DNA of 60,302 bases, counting the filler, from Rhizaria sp. SCN 62-66 (Eukaryota): assembly GCA_001724265.1 (NCBI GenBank). It is 5 parts of 5 records of this genome, joined end to end, with 100 filler letters (N's around TTAATTAATTAA, not from the genome) between each part and the next. Parts side by side here need not be neighbours in the genome. Positions count along the whole stretch, not along the records: positions 30,303 to 40,816 come from MEDY01000667.1; positions 40,917 to 51,238 come from MEDY01000668.1; 3 more parts are not named here. The stretch is one strand, 5' to 3'. The notes below the pieces were generated by a model. The model was not told where the DNA came from. It made no database searches and worked only from the letters and a program-made list of their open reading frames with translations. Made by a program: the position numbers and the translations under genes. Shown here one piece after another: positions 30,303-41,542 of the stretch (its first letter is position 1; each line of letters starts with the position of its first letter).

Positions 30303-33300
30303 GCCGCGTTCGCTACGGCGCGCGCCGCGGCCGCGCGCGCCGCCGCCGCGGTCGCGGCCACGGCCTCCGCTGGTACCGCCGCGAACGCGGCTGCCGGGGG
30401 CTCACTGAGCAAGAGCACGGCCGCACTGCTATCGAGCATAAACAGCGCCAGCAACAGCAACAGCAACAGCGGCGGCGGCAGCGGCGGCGGCGACACCGAG
30501 AGCGCCAGCGCCGAGCGCGTGGGCGAGGTGGTCTCGGCGCTGGTATTGTGGTGCCTGCAGCGCGCGGGCGAGGCCGCGGCGGCGCAGCCCGCGCTGGCGG
30601 CCGTAGCGTTCGCGGGCACGTGCGCCGACATGGTGCCCGAGGCCGCTGCGGTCGCGCCTGACTGGCTGCGGGCCGCGTTTGAGCCGCCCAGCAGGCCCGC
30701 CGTGCAAGGGGCGTTCACAGCTCCTGCTGACTCACGCGTTAACGCTGGAGCTGCTGACAGCGATTCAGACGCAGCTCGCGCAGATTTTGTTGACTTTGCG
30801 TCTGCTAAGAGCGATGCCGCCGCCGACGGAGACGTCGACACCGACGGCGAGCATGCGGCGCTGCAGCTGAGACTGGCCCACCGGCTCGCGTCGCTGGGCA
30901 TTGTCGACCTGGGCATGTACGACGGCGTCATGAAGATCCACAAGATGGACTTTACCGCCCCGCACGGGCGCGCCGAGCACGCCGGCGCTCTCGCCGACAC
31001 TGCCACCGTGGCTGATGTCGATGAGGCAAGTCCGGACCCTGTGAACCGGACGACTGAAGCTGGAGACAGCTCAACTGCTGCTGCGTCTGTTTCGTATGGG
31101 CACGACAACCGTGAGGGCAACAGTCGCAGCGTCGCCTCGTCGTCGCGCCGAGAATTCTCCTCAGTTCCGCGCCCACGGTCGTTGTTGCCAACGCACCAGT
31201 CGCTGTCTGCGACTCGTTCCGCCTCTGTTGCTCCCGCACACCCAGTTGTGGCAACAGTGACACGCGCCGCAGCCGAGTTCTCGACTAACAGCGACAACAA
31301 CAAGAACAACAAAAGCGGCAGCGGCACTCCTCCTGCCACTGCGACTGCTGGCGGCAGCAGCAGTGGCGGCGGCATGATGTTCGCGAACCTGCTCTCCGCC
31401 GCCGCCGCCCGCGCGCAGCAGCCCCGCCGCGCGGACCCCTCGGCCACGGCGCTGCTCGACTCGCTCCCGTCACAGCCGCCGTCGCCCGCGCTCTCCGCCG
31501 CTGATGCGTCCACCGCTGCCGCCGCCGCCGCTGCCACGGTTGGTGGCCGTCGCCCCGGCGGCTCTGCGACGAACCGCAAGCTCATCTTCGAGGCGGCCGC
31601 GCTCTCGCTCCCCGACGCTGCTGCCACCGCCGCAGCGACGCCGAGCCAGGTATACGCGTTCGCGACCTCCCGTGCCAGCGCTGCCGACTCGGCGGCGGCG
31701 GCGGCGGACGGCAAGGCGGTCACCACGGTGGTTAGCGGTGGCGTACGCGTGCAGCTGCGGCCGCAGACGTCGCGCGAGGCCGCGCAGGAGCGCCGCGCTT
31801 GGGTACGCGCCGCGCGCACGGGCCGCTGGCCCGAAGCCGCGCTCACCGCCGCCGTCGCCATCGCCAGCCAGACCGAGGCGGGCGCGGGCACCGCGGAGGA
31901 GACCGCCAGGGCGGCGGCCGCGGCGGCGCAGGCGGCGGCGACGGCCACGGTCGACACGATCAACGGTGTCTCTTCGAGCGACGGCACGAGCGAGCAGCAG
32001 AACAACAGCGCCCAGGCGGCGCTCGATCTGCGGCGCCACGCGCAGGCGCGTGCGCTGGCGCAGGCGTTGGAGCGCGCGCAGCAGGAGCAGGCGACCGCCG
32101 GCTGCGGCGAGCAGGCACGCGAGGTGGCGCGCTTGGCGACGCTCTTCGCGGACCCTGCGCTGTGGGGACCTGTTCTGACTGCGCCCGCTTTCCCCGAGCA
32201 TGAAAGCCATATGGAGATGCAGAATGGTGACAACGGCGGTGCGCACAGTACTGTTGCTGTGCCGTCTATCGTTGCGCTGCTGTCGAAGTCATACGCCAGC
32301 TCGTCGGATGTTGCAGCGGCGAGCACGAACAAGGCTTCTTCAACTGATGCCGGCGCGCGCTCAGTGCGCGAACTTGTGCCGCAGTCTCGGTTGGGCGCCC
32401 GCCGCGAGCGCTCAGCGTACGGCAGCAGTGGCGACTGGGGCAGTCTGCTGAGCCGCGACCGGCCCCGCGGCGGCGACGAGAGCGTCGATCGGCTTGACTG
32501 GGCCGTGGTGGGCCTCAGCCGCGTCTCGGGGCTGCCGCTGGCGCTGCGACCGTTGCTGTGCCTGGACGACGTCGACGCGCTCACGATGCACCCCTGCGCG
32601 GTGACGGCGCAGATCGGACACGCTATTGTCGCCGCGGTGTCTGCGGCGGCGGGGGCGCGGCCGGGGGCGACGCCCACAGGCGTGCAGAAGGCACTGGTGC
32701 AGCAGCGCATTGCGGCGAACACTGCCGCCGCCGCAACTGCGTTGCATGCGCCTGTGCTCACGCCAGAGGTTTGCTTGCCCGTTGTGAACGCTACCACGGC
32801 TGCAGCTGTGGCTGCTTTGTCAGTCGCGAAGGGAATGACTGTTGGCGATGATAAGCAGCAACCCTTTTCAGCTGCCGCTAGCATCGCCTATCACTCTGCT
32901 GCTTCAAGCACCACCGGCGCGACAAGTGACCAGATTGCTACCGCGGTGAAGCAGCCCGCTCACAATGCTTCTGCAGGCTCGCTGCTGTTCGGCGTCGTGG
33001 CCACCGCAGCGACACCGGGCGTGTTTCAGTCTTCCGCGCAGTACTACCAAGATGCCGACGCCGCCGCGCGCATTGCCGCGGCCGAGTTCCCCCTGCCCTT
33101 CGCGCGCTCGCGCCCGCGCCGCGCCGCCGCCGCCGCCTCCTCCGCGGTGGCCGCCGCGACGGAGGCCACGCGCGCCGTGTCGGACGTCTTCCGCGACGAC
33201 CGCGCCGCGCACGCCGCCGACACGGCGGACGTGGCGCGCGGGCCGCAGTGGTCAGACCTCTCGTGCGCCGCGGGCGTCTCGCTCGGCGAGCTCACTGCGA

Positions 33301-35309
33301 CGTTTCCGTACGCTGCTGACTTCCACACACATAAGACCAGCGGTGGTGTTGCGACCGGGGCACGCCTGCCGACATTGGCACTGTTTCAGGCCGCTGCTGC
33401 TCGCGAACACCTGTCCCCTACCGAGTTGATGGCTGTGGTTGCGCAGCGCTTTCTCAGCACAGGCTCCGCTGCGCTGCCTTTGTCTGCATCCACGTCCGCC
33501 GCGTTGCACAGCAACGCCAGCGACGAGATCGCTCCATCACGGGCTTCTGCTGATGCGGCTGCTGCTGCGGCGGAGGCGGACGCGACCGCCGTCTTCCCGG
33601 GCGGTCCACTGGCTGCACTGCTGTTGGCCAACGCGCCGCTCACGGAGGTTTCTATGTGGCCCGCGCTCACTGCCACGCTGCCCCCTGTAGTCCCATCTGG
33701 TCCCACGACTGCAGCAACAACGCACACTGAATCCGTTTCTGCAGATGATAGCGATGCGGCATCACTCTCTGCGTACAGCGGCGGCTACCCCGTCAGCCAC
33801 CCGCCGGCGCGGTGGCTCATGACGGCCTCGTGGCGCAGCGCCGCCTCTACCGCCAGCCAGCAGCGCCGCCGCGTCGCCCGCGAGAATGCCGCGCGCGTCC
33901 GGCTCTGGGACGCGGCCAACCGCGCCGAGGGGCTGTCGCCGCAGCAGCTGCTCGCGCAGCCCATCCCCGCGGCCGCGCTGCTGCCGGTGCCCGCGCCGCG
34001 CCCGCTGACTGCGGCGGCGGCCGTCGGCATCGAGGCCGGCACCTCGGCGCTGGCGGCGCTACTGACGTCAAACGGCGCGAGCGCGGCGGGAGCCATGTCG
34101 CAGTACGCGCGCGTGGGCGCCACGCTGCCGCGGCTCGTGTCGATGGGGCTGCTTGCTGTCCAGGCTTCCGCGCAAACATCTGCGGTAGCTTCAACATCAA
34201 GCCCAGTCGATGGCTTTCACAAACGCCGCGTTCCCAGGTCGACTAGTCGCGCTGTCGGAAGCAGGATCGCAGCTATGTTTCCCACGCCAATCACCGCTTC
34301 CATCACTGCCGCTGCTCCCACCGCATCTGCTGCGGCTGCCGCTACTGCCGCACAGGTCCCCGCATACCCGCTGCGCCCCGCCTCGGCCGGCCTGCGCAGT
34401 GACATCTCCCTCGGTCTGCTCGCGCAGCTGTCGTCGTGCTCCAACGCCGAGGCCGCCCACCGCGCGCGCGCCGCCCGCGCCGCCGCGGCCGCGGGCGACG
34501 GCGCCGCGGTCGCGTATCACATCCAGGCGTGGCTACTGCAGGCGCGCGCCGCCACGGAGCGCTCCGACTCGGCCGCCGACAGCGCGTCTGTGGCCTCGGC
34601 CTCGGCCGCGGCGCGGCTGGGGCTCGACGACGACGCGCTCTTCGGTCTGAGCCCCGAGGCCGCGGCGGACGCCGTGGAGGAGGAGAGGGCGCAGTGGATC
34701 CGCGCGGGCGGCGCTGGCCGGCTGCGCGAGGCGACCTACGCGCGCCGCCCCCACGAGCCGCTGCAGCTGGACATGGTGGCGCAAGCCGCGGGCGCGATGT
34801 TGGGACGGCCTGTGGGGCATTTGTGGGAGCTTCCCACCGTTACCGTCCCAGTGGCACCCGCGCGGGACAGCGAGACTGGCGCGGTGGCAGGCGCGTTGGT
34901 GCTCATCTTCACGGACAACACGCGCTTCACAGGGTTTGGCGAACAAGTTGCCGCCGCAGTAGCCTCTGCAACGCAGGTCAATCACACAAACGCAAGCGCT
35001 AGCCCAGAGTCTGCGGTTGCAGACGCGAGTGTGGGAGCTCGCAGCCCGGGCACTACGAACTCAGCGAGCACCGGCGCTGCGGAGTCCACTGCGGAGCTGA
35101 GCAACTTGTTTGCGTCGCTGTCCGTGGTCGGCGTGCCGGACGCGCGCGTCGACTACGTGTGCGTGCACGTGGACCGCGACGCGGCGTGCATCACCAAGTG
35201 CCACGTGCTGCCGGAAGGGGACATTGCGCGTGCACAAATGTGGAAGTTTGGGCCGACGTCGCGCAGTGAATTTGAGAAGACATCAAACAACCACTCGCGC
35301 CTGGAGTAA
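30303..35309 (+). CDS. Large Ala-rich hypothetical protein, 5' truncated; possible degenerate RAP-like C-terminal domain
   Basis: Frame open from the contig start to TAA 35307-35309, followed by an abrupt switch to AT-rich 3' DNA. Codon style matches neighbouring genes. No confidently recognised domain. Confidence 0.8.
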   Translation, partial: AAFATARAAAARAAAAVAATASAGTAANAAAGGSLSKSTAALLSSINSASNSNSNSGGGSGGGDTESASAERVGEVVSALVLWCLQRAGEAAAAQPALAAVAFAGTCADMVPEAAAVAPDWLRAAFEPPSRPAVQGAFTAPADSRVNAGAADSDSDAARADFVDFASAKSDAAADGDVDTDGEHAALQLRLAHRLASLGIVDLGMYDGVMKIHKMDFTAPHGRAEHAGALADTATVADVDEASPDPVNRTTEAGDSSTAAASVSYGHDNREGNSRSVASSSRREFSSVPRPRSLLPTHQSLSATRSASVAPAHPVVATVTRAAAEFSTNSDNNKNNKSGSGTPPATATAGGSSSGGGMMFANLLSAAAARAQQPRRADPSATALLDSLPSQPPSPALSAADASTAAAAAAATVGGRRPGGSATNRKLIFEAAALSLPDAAATAAATPSQVYAFATSRASAADSAAAAADGKAVTTVVSGGVRVQLRPQTSREAAQERRAWVRAARTGRWPEAALTAAVAIASQTEAGAGTAEETARAAAAAAQAAATATVDTINGVSSSDGTSEQQNNSAQAALDLRRHAQARALAQALERAQQEQATAGCGEQAREVARLATLFADPALWGPVLTAPAFPEHESHMEMQNGDNGGAHSTVAVPSIVALLSKSYASSSDVAAASTNKASSTDAGARSVRELVPQSRLGARRERSAYGSSGDWGSLLSRDRPRGGDESVDRLDWAVVGLSRVSGLPLALRPLLCLDDVDALTMHPCAVTAQIGHAIVAAVSAAAGARPGATPTGVQKALVQQRIAANTAAAATALHAPVLTPEVCLPVVNATTAAAVAALSVAKGMTVGDDKQQPFSAAASIAYHSAASSTTGATSDQIATAVKQPAHNASAGSLLFGVVATAATPGVFQSSAQYYQDADAAARIAAAEFPLPFARSRPRRAAAAASSAVAAATEATRAVSDVFRDDRAAHAADTADVARGPQWSDLSCAAGVSLGELTATFPYAADFHTHKTSGGVATGARLPTLALFQAAAAREHLSPTELMAVVAQRFLSTGSAALPLSASTSAALHSNASDEIAPSRASADAAAAAAEADATAVFPGGPLAALLLANAPLTEVSMWPALTATLPPVVPSGPTTAATTHTESVSADDSDAASLSAYSGGYPVSHPPARWLMTASWRSAASTASQQRRRVARENAARVRLWDAANRAEGLSPQQLLAQPIPAAALLPVPAPRPLTAAAAVGIEAGTSALAALLTSNGASAAGAMSQYARVGATLPRLVSMGLLAVQASAQTSAVASTSSPVDGFHKRRVPRSTSRAVGSRIAAMFPTPITASITAAAPTASAAAAATAAQVPAYPLRPASAGLRSDISLGLLAQLSSCSNAEAAHRARAARAAAAAGDGAAVAYHIQAWLLQARAATERSDSAADSASVASASAAARLGLDDDALFGLSPEAAADAVEEERAQWIRAGGAGRLREATYARRPHEPLQLDMVAQAAGAMLGRPVGHLWELPTVTVPVAPARDSETGAVAGALVLIFTDNTRFTGFGEQVAAAVASATQVNHTNASASPESAVADASVGARSPGTTNSASTGAAESTAELSNLFASLSVVGVPDARVDYVCVHVDRDAACITKCHVLPEGDIARAQMWKFGPTSRSEFEKTSNNHSRLE

Positions 35310-35713
35310 TCATGATGTGAGCCGTTCTGCTGTTTCTCCTACCAATCTATTTATATCCTTACAGAATTGAACCTTTGCTGTTCAATAATTATTTACAACT
35401 ATCTATTTCTATTTAGCGCACTTCTATCAGGTTACAAAGTTCATGGCATGATTAACGTAGCGATACACAACTTATTAATCTTTTTATTCCATAGTATCAG
35501 AACTGGTGAGTGAGTATTAAAATGATTGAAGAAAAAAACATCCAAAATGTTTTTAGAAAACAAACTTAAACACAAAAGCAACTGATGCATCACATGGTTC
35601 AAGCGTCTCACGTTCTACCCGTCATGCATGAGAATTAATAAACGAAGTACCCTTGCAGGAACTTACAGCACAGCGCCTTGCACAAACATGACCGTTCATA
35701 TCTACGTTGCAAG

Positions 35714-37658
35714 TCAGAACCCGAACCCCCAGCACTCAACGGCCTGGCACTGGAAGCGCTCAGCGCCCGCGCCTGACTGCGCGTCGGCGAGCAGCGCACC
35801 CAGCGCGGGGTTGCCGAACACTGCCGTGGGCTGCGAGTGCGCCTCGGAGAGCTGCGCGTCGAGCAGCAGCGCCATGCCGTTCGAGTCACCAACGCCAACC
35901 TGCGTCGCGGAGTACAGCATTAGCGCGTTGCGCGGACGCGCGCTGAGCGTCTTCTGCGCACGCAGCGACGCGACCGAGTACCCGCCGTTGCGCCCACTGC
36001 GTCCACCGTTGCGCCCGCCCGCGGCGTTGGTCGCGGCGGCCACCGCGGCGGCCGTGGCGGCCTCTGCGGCGGCAGTCGCCTCCGTGGCCTGCGCCACGGC
36101 GGCGGCAGCCCACCCTCGCGGGGGCCTCAGCGGGCCCGCGGCCGCGAGCGCGGGCAGCAACACGGAGCGCAGCGTGTGCGCCACCCAGCCGGGCGTCACC
36201 AGCGCCACGGGCGTGTTGTTCGCCGCGGGCTGCACGGCCCACACGTGCGGCGCCGCAAGCAGCAGTGGCAGGAACAGACGCAACGGCGCCGTCGCCGGCA
36301 GCGACAGCGGCGCCACGCCCGACGCGCCCGTCAGGTTCAGCCCGTCCGCGGACGCGGTCGCCAAAGCAGTGCTTGCGGCTGCCGCGGCGGCCGCCGTGGA
36401 GGGCAGCGAGCGCCCCGCGGCGTTAGCGAGGAAGCGCTCCGTCTCGGACAGCAGCAGTAGCGGCTTATCGGGCAGCGCGAGCGCCACCATCGACGTCGGC
36501 AGCTCCGCCAGCAGCGGCAGCGGCAGCGACGCCAACGTGTTGCCGCGGCCGGCGTCGGCGGCCACCGCGGCGCTGCCGTCGTTGGCCGTCGCTGTCGCTG
36601 CCGAGGAGGCGGCGACGGAGGCGGCGGCGGCGGCCGCGGCGAGCGCGGGCAGCACGGGCGCAAGCGGGGAGCGGACCTGCACGGCGAGCGTGCCGCGGAG
36701 CCAGCGAGGCAGCTGCGCAGGCGTCGGCAGCGCGCTGCTGTCGTCTGTCGCGTCGTGCGCCTGCTGCTGGCGCTGCTGGCGCAGCTGCGCGCCCAGGTCG
36801 CGCGCCACGGCAGGGGACATCGTGAGCGCGTGGCCCGCAGTGGCCGAGGGCGAGCGACCCGGAAGCTGCGGCAAACCGGCACCGGCAGCGCCAGGCAGGC
36901 CCAAGAGGCTCGGGCCAGCGCCTGCGCCGCCCACGGTCACCGTCGGCGCCCCAGCCACGCTATTGACGCCAGAGTTGGCGCGAGCGTTGGTGCTGGTGTT
37001 GGCGGCAACGGCTGCGATGGCGGCGGCGACGGCGGCGGGCGAGTCGTCGACGACGGCGACGACGGAAGCGCCCGAGAGCAGCGCGGCCTGGAACCCGTGG
37101 TACGCGAGATGGCTGCGGTGCACCACGGCCACCGGCGGCGGCGCCAGCGCGGGCGCAAACCGCTGCGCCCCAGCCGCCTTGTTGCCGCCCGCAGGCGCTG
37201 CGGCCGGGACCGGGGGCGCGATGCCGGCGAGATGCGCAACAGAACAGTCGAGGAAGGCGTTCACCGCGGAGGACGCGGGCATGTCGGGCATGTCCGCCGC
37301 GCGCGCCAGCAGCCAGTGCAGTAGCAGCTGGTCGACTGAGAGGCCGCAGCGGCGCTCCACCACCGCCGCGGGCTGTCCCGGCGCGGCGGCCGCGGCGGCC
37401 ACGGCGGCCGCGGCGCCCGCGCGCGAGAGCAGCGTCGCGTGCCGCGCCGGGAGCGTGGCGCGCGCCACGGGCGACAGCAGCGACGCAGAAAACGCCGTCT
37501 CGGCAAGGGACGAGTTCGACCGCAAGAACCCGGGGGCGGGGGCAGCGGCAGCAGCGGCGGCGGCGGAAGCGGCGGCCGCGGCGGCGACGGCGGCGGACGC
37601 GGCGACGGCGGAGAGCCTGCGGCCGCTTCTGCCGCCGCCATGCTTGTGCGCGTGCCCC

Positions 37659-37690
<32 letters not shown>

Positions 37691-40600
37691 CTGCGCCGAG
37701 GCGCGCGGCGCGGGGGGCGCGACGGCCTCCGCCGCGGCCAGCAGCAGGCGCGGATCAAGCAACGGCATCAGCGCGCGCGGGCGCGCGAGCGCGACGGCGG
37801 CCGATGCGGGGGACGCGCCAAACGCCAGCGACGCGCCGCGCGGCAGCGCCACAATGAGCGCGCCCGCACTGTTAACAGCGGCAACGGGCGACGAGGAGCC
37901 GGCGTCAGTGGCGGCGGTGGAGAGAGCGAGGCCCGCGGCGGCGGCGATGGCGGCGGCCGGGAGCGGGAACGGCGCGCCGCCGATCAGGCTAAGTTCTGGG
38001 GTGGGCTCCTCGAGCGCGGACGCAGTCACTGCGGCGGCCGCGGCGGCCGTGGCGGCTGCGCGGCCGGAGCCCAGGCGCGAGGCCAGCGACGCGGCGCCGC
38101 TGCGCGCGCGCGCCGCGGTCGTCGCCGCGGCGGATTCGGCGGTGCGCGCGGCGGCGTAGGCGGGCAGGGCGGCGGCGGTGCGCGTGTTGGCGGTGCGCAG
38201 GAGCGACGTGAGCAGCGCCTGCTCGGGGCACGGCAGCGCGGCGCGCGGCGGGCGGCGCGCGGCGATGACCGTGAGCAGCGGCGCCGTCGCGATGCGCTGC
38301 GCGGCAAAGTTGACGTGGCTCGCCTCGGCCGCCGTGACGGGCGTCGCGAGCGAGCTGGCAGAGGTCAGGCCGCTTGCCGCCGCGCCCATCGGGCCCAGCT
38401 GCGCCAGCGACGGCGCCGCGGCGGTGAAGATGGTGCCGCCGGCGCCCGCCGTGGAGACGAGCGTGGGCGCGACAGCGTTGACCATCGCCTCGATGTTCGC
38501 GGCTACGGCGGCCGTCGAGTACGCCGCGCCGCCGCCGCCGCCGTTGCGTCCGGCCGCGGCTGCGGCTGCGGCGAGCGCGGCGGCGGAGGGCGCGAGCGCG
38601 AGGAGCGCGCCGCGCGCGGGCTGGAAATCAGTCATGCTGCGCAGCGCGTCCCTGCGCGCGGCCGACTCGCGGCTGCGCGTCTCGGCGATCGAGTACGTGT
38701 AGGCCAGCTTGCCCAGCACAAAGGCCGCGGCGTCGAGCGCGGAGAACACCACCGCGGCCGGCGTAGCCGTCGTCGCGGGCGCAAAGTCCGTGAGCATGGC
38801 CTCCGCGGCGGCCGCGGCCGTGGTCGAGGACAGCGCCGCCACGGTCGCGCGCTGATGCTGCGAGTGCGGCGTGGCCAGGATGATCGTGTTGAACACGGCC
38901 TCCTCCGTGTGTGACTGCGACAGGGAACGGCGGCGCGTCGCCGTGGCCGTAGCCGGCAGCGAGAGCAGCGAACCCGTCTCGCCCGCCGCCGGGGAGGCGT
39001 TGTCGGAAACGGCGGCGGCCGCGTTGAAGTCAGTCGAAGGAGAGCCCGCGGGACTCGCGTCAGCCGCGGTGGCGGCGGCGGCAGCGGCGGCAGCGTCGGT
39101 GACCTCGGCGGGGTCGACCGCAGCCGCGGCGTCGTCCTCATCCGCGCCCGCCACGGCCACGCACGCCGCGAAAGGCGGCAGCAGCGGCAGGTGCGACGGC
39201 AGCTCGGCCGCCGCGGCGGCCACGGCGGCGCCGTGCCTCAGCGACCGCCGCTCTGCCGCGATGTCGCTCAGCGTGCGCGCGCTCTCGGCCCCAACACCTC
39301 CGGCAGCACTGGAGACCGCGGCGGCGGAGGCTTTCCAGACGGCCTGCGCGTAGGCGGCGGCGGCGGGGCGCAGCGCGGCGGCGCGCACGGCGGCGCGGCG
39401 GCCGGCGGGCGCGCCCGCAAGGCGCTGCCAGGCGGCAATGCCGTCCTTGAGCGCGACGACGCCGTGCGCCGAGGCCACGCGCGAGGGCGGCAGCGACAGC
39501 GTCGACAGCGTGTCGGCCAGGTCGTCGGCGCGCGCGTCCGCGGCCGCCGGCGCGGGCTGCGACAGCGAGAGGGGCGCAAAAGAGCCGCCCAGCGCGCAGG
39601 ACGAGCTGCGGCCCGGCGGGGCCAGACAGTCGGCCAGCGCGCGCGCCGCGGCGACGACGCCGTCGTCCGCGGCATCGCTGCCGCTGTCGCTGCCGAGCGG
39701 GACCAGCGCAGTGGTCGCATCCGCTGCGCCGCTGCCACCGTGGCGCCCTGTGGCGCTGACCGAGGCGAGCGCGGTGAGCAGCGGACGCACGTGGGCGGGC
39801 TCGTGGGCGACTGAGAGGTGGTAGAGCCCGCCGGCGAGCGTGGTGTGCGCAAGCTCCTGCAGCATCGCCGCCGCGGGGGACACCGCGGGCGCGGGCACGA
39901 CCTTGGTGGTCACAGCCGCCGCGGGCGCGGGCGCGGCCAGCAGCCCGGCCGAGGGCGGCGTGATCGTGAGCGTGACGGTGACGGTCGCGGGCGAAGCCGC
40001 GATCGGCGTCACGGGCTCCACGCCAGCGCCGTTGCCGTTGCCGCTGTTGTTAGTAAAGTTAGCGGGGGACGAGAGCGGGGACGGGGCCGGCGGCGCGGGC
40101 AGCCACGCGGCGCGCAGATACGGCACCGCGGCGGGCAGCAGCCACTTGCTCGCCGCTCTCGCGCGCGTGACGGCCGCGGCAGAGACGCCGGCGCCGCCAG
40201 GACGAGTGTTGCCAGCGGTAGCAGCGCCGTTGGCGGCTGCGTCCTCGTCCTCCTCGTCGCTGCCGGGGGCGCTGAGGATGCCTGCGACGGCGCCGTCGTA
40301 GGGCACGCCGTCGCCGAACTCGTCGCCCTCGGCCTCGCCCGCCTGCAGCCACGTGTCGCCCTGCAACAGCGCCACGCTGTCGCCGCCCGCGGCCTCCTCG
40401 TCGTCGTCCTCGCCTGCGTTGGCCGCGGCGGCGGCGGCCGCAGCGGCGGCGGCCGTGGCGAGCGCTTCCGCGTCGCCGCCCGCGGCTGAGATGGACGCTG
40501 CCGTGGTCGCCGCGGAGGCGCCCGGGGACTCGCCGTCGCCGTCGACGACGTCGCCGCCATCGGCCGCCAGATCGCCCTCCTCGGCCGCGGCGCCGGCGTA

Positions 40601-40816
40601 GGCCTCGCCGACCTCCTCGCGCCACCCGCCCGCGCCGGTGCCGGCCGCCACGCGCGCGGCGGCGGCGGCCGCGGCCACGGCGGGGCTGGGGATCGACGCC
40701 GCCGTGCCCAGCGCCGCGCGCGAAGACGACGACGAGGACGCCGACAGCTTCGCCGCCGCGTCAGCCGCGGCGGCTGCGGCGGCGGCCACGGCGGCGGTCT
40801 CGGCCGCAGCGGCTGC
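35714..40816 (-). CDS. TLDc (Oxr1/NCOA7-like) domain protein with large low-complexity insertions, 5' truncated
   Basis: C-terminus NALMLYSATQVGVGDSNGMALLLDAQLSEAHSQPTAVFGNPAL...RFQCQAVECWGFGF-TGA matches the TLDc end pattern (L.lD..L....S....F.N..L...F....vE.WGF). Frame open to the contig end. Confidence 0.75.
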
Positions 40817-40916
40817 NNNNNNNNNNNNNNNNNNNNNNNNNNNNNNNNNNNNNNNNNNNNTTAATTAATTAANNNNNNNNNNNNNNNNNNNNNNNNNNNN
40901 NNNNNNNNNNNNNNNN
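40817..40916. other. Artificial contig linker N44-TTAATTAATTAA-N44
   Basis: Same 100-nt linker. Confidence 0.99.
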
Positions 40917-40917
40917 C

Positions 40918-41013
40918 CGTATCCACCGCCTCGCGCGCTACTACCGCTCCCGCAAGTTCCTCCCCCCGAACTGGCGCTACGAGTCCAACAACGCCTCCAC
41001 CCTCGTCGCGTAA
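40918..41013 (+). CDS. RPS13: 40S ribosomal protein S13 (uS15), C-terminal fragment, 5' truncated
   Basis: Translates [34 protein letters not shown], the highly conserved eukaryotic RPS13 C-terminus (cf. [31 protein letters not shown]). Too short for the supplied ORF track. Confidence 0.96.
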   Translation, partial: RIHRLARYYRSRKFLPPNWRYESNNASTLVA

Positions 41014-41542
41014 GTAATCATAGCTTATGTGCTTCTGCATGTGCTTTCTCGCATATGCAGATGTGGCAGTGAAGTGCAGCGCGCGCTGTGCTGAGCTGCA
41101 ATGACGACGGCTGGGAAAGAGAGTGTGCAATTACCTTGGCAGCGGTTTCCGCTTGTCACTGTAAGTTACTGCACGCAAGGCGAACCACTGGTTGTGCACT
41201 GATGTACTTGTCTCTGTGTGCGTGGTTGTGCTGTTAATGATTAAACTAAACTTCACAACAAATGCGTACAGTGCAACAGACGGGCGTGGGCAAACAGTAT
41301 GGATAGGATAGCAAACGGAATGAACTGCGCTGTCGCTCGTGGCGACCGTGCTCACATGATACAAGAAGACCAAACAAATACACTATTATTTTCAATCCAA
41401 CAACGTAGCACTTATCCAAACTGTCACATTCACATTTGTATTGTTAGGATTTACGTAAATCTCTCTATATAAAACAAGCCATGCTTGGTGTCACACTTTA
41501 AACATAACACGTACACGGGCCTCCCCGACAGCAAGTATCCCC

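Noticed and set aside
35714-35716. TGA of the TLDc gene as possible selenocysteine or readthrough codon
   Set aside because: It falls right after ECWGFGF, where TLDc proteins normally end, and is followed by non-coding DNA.
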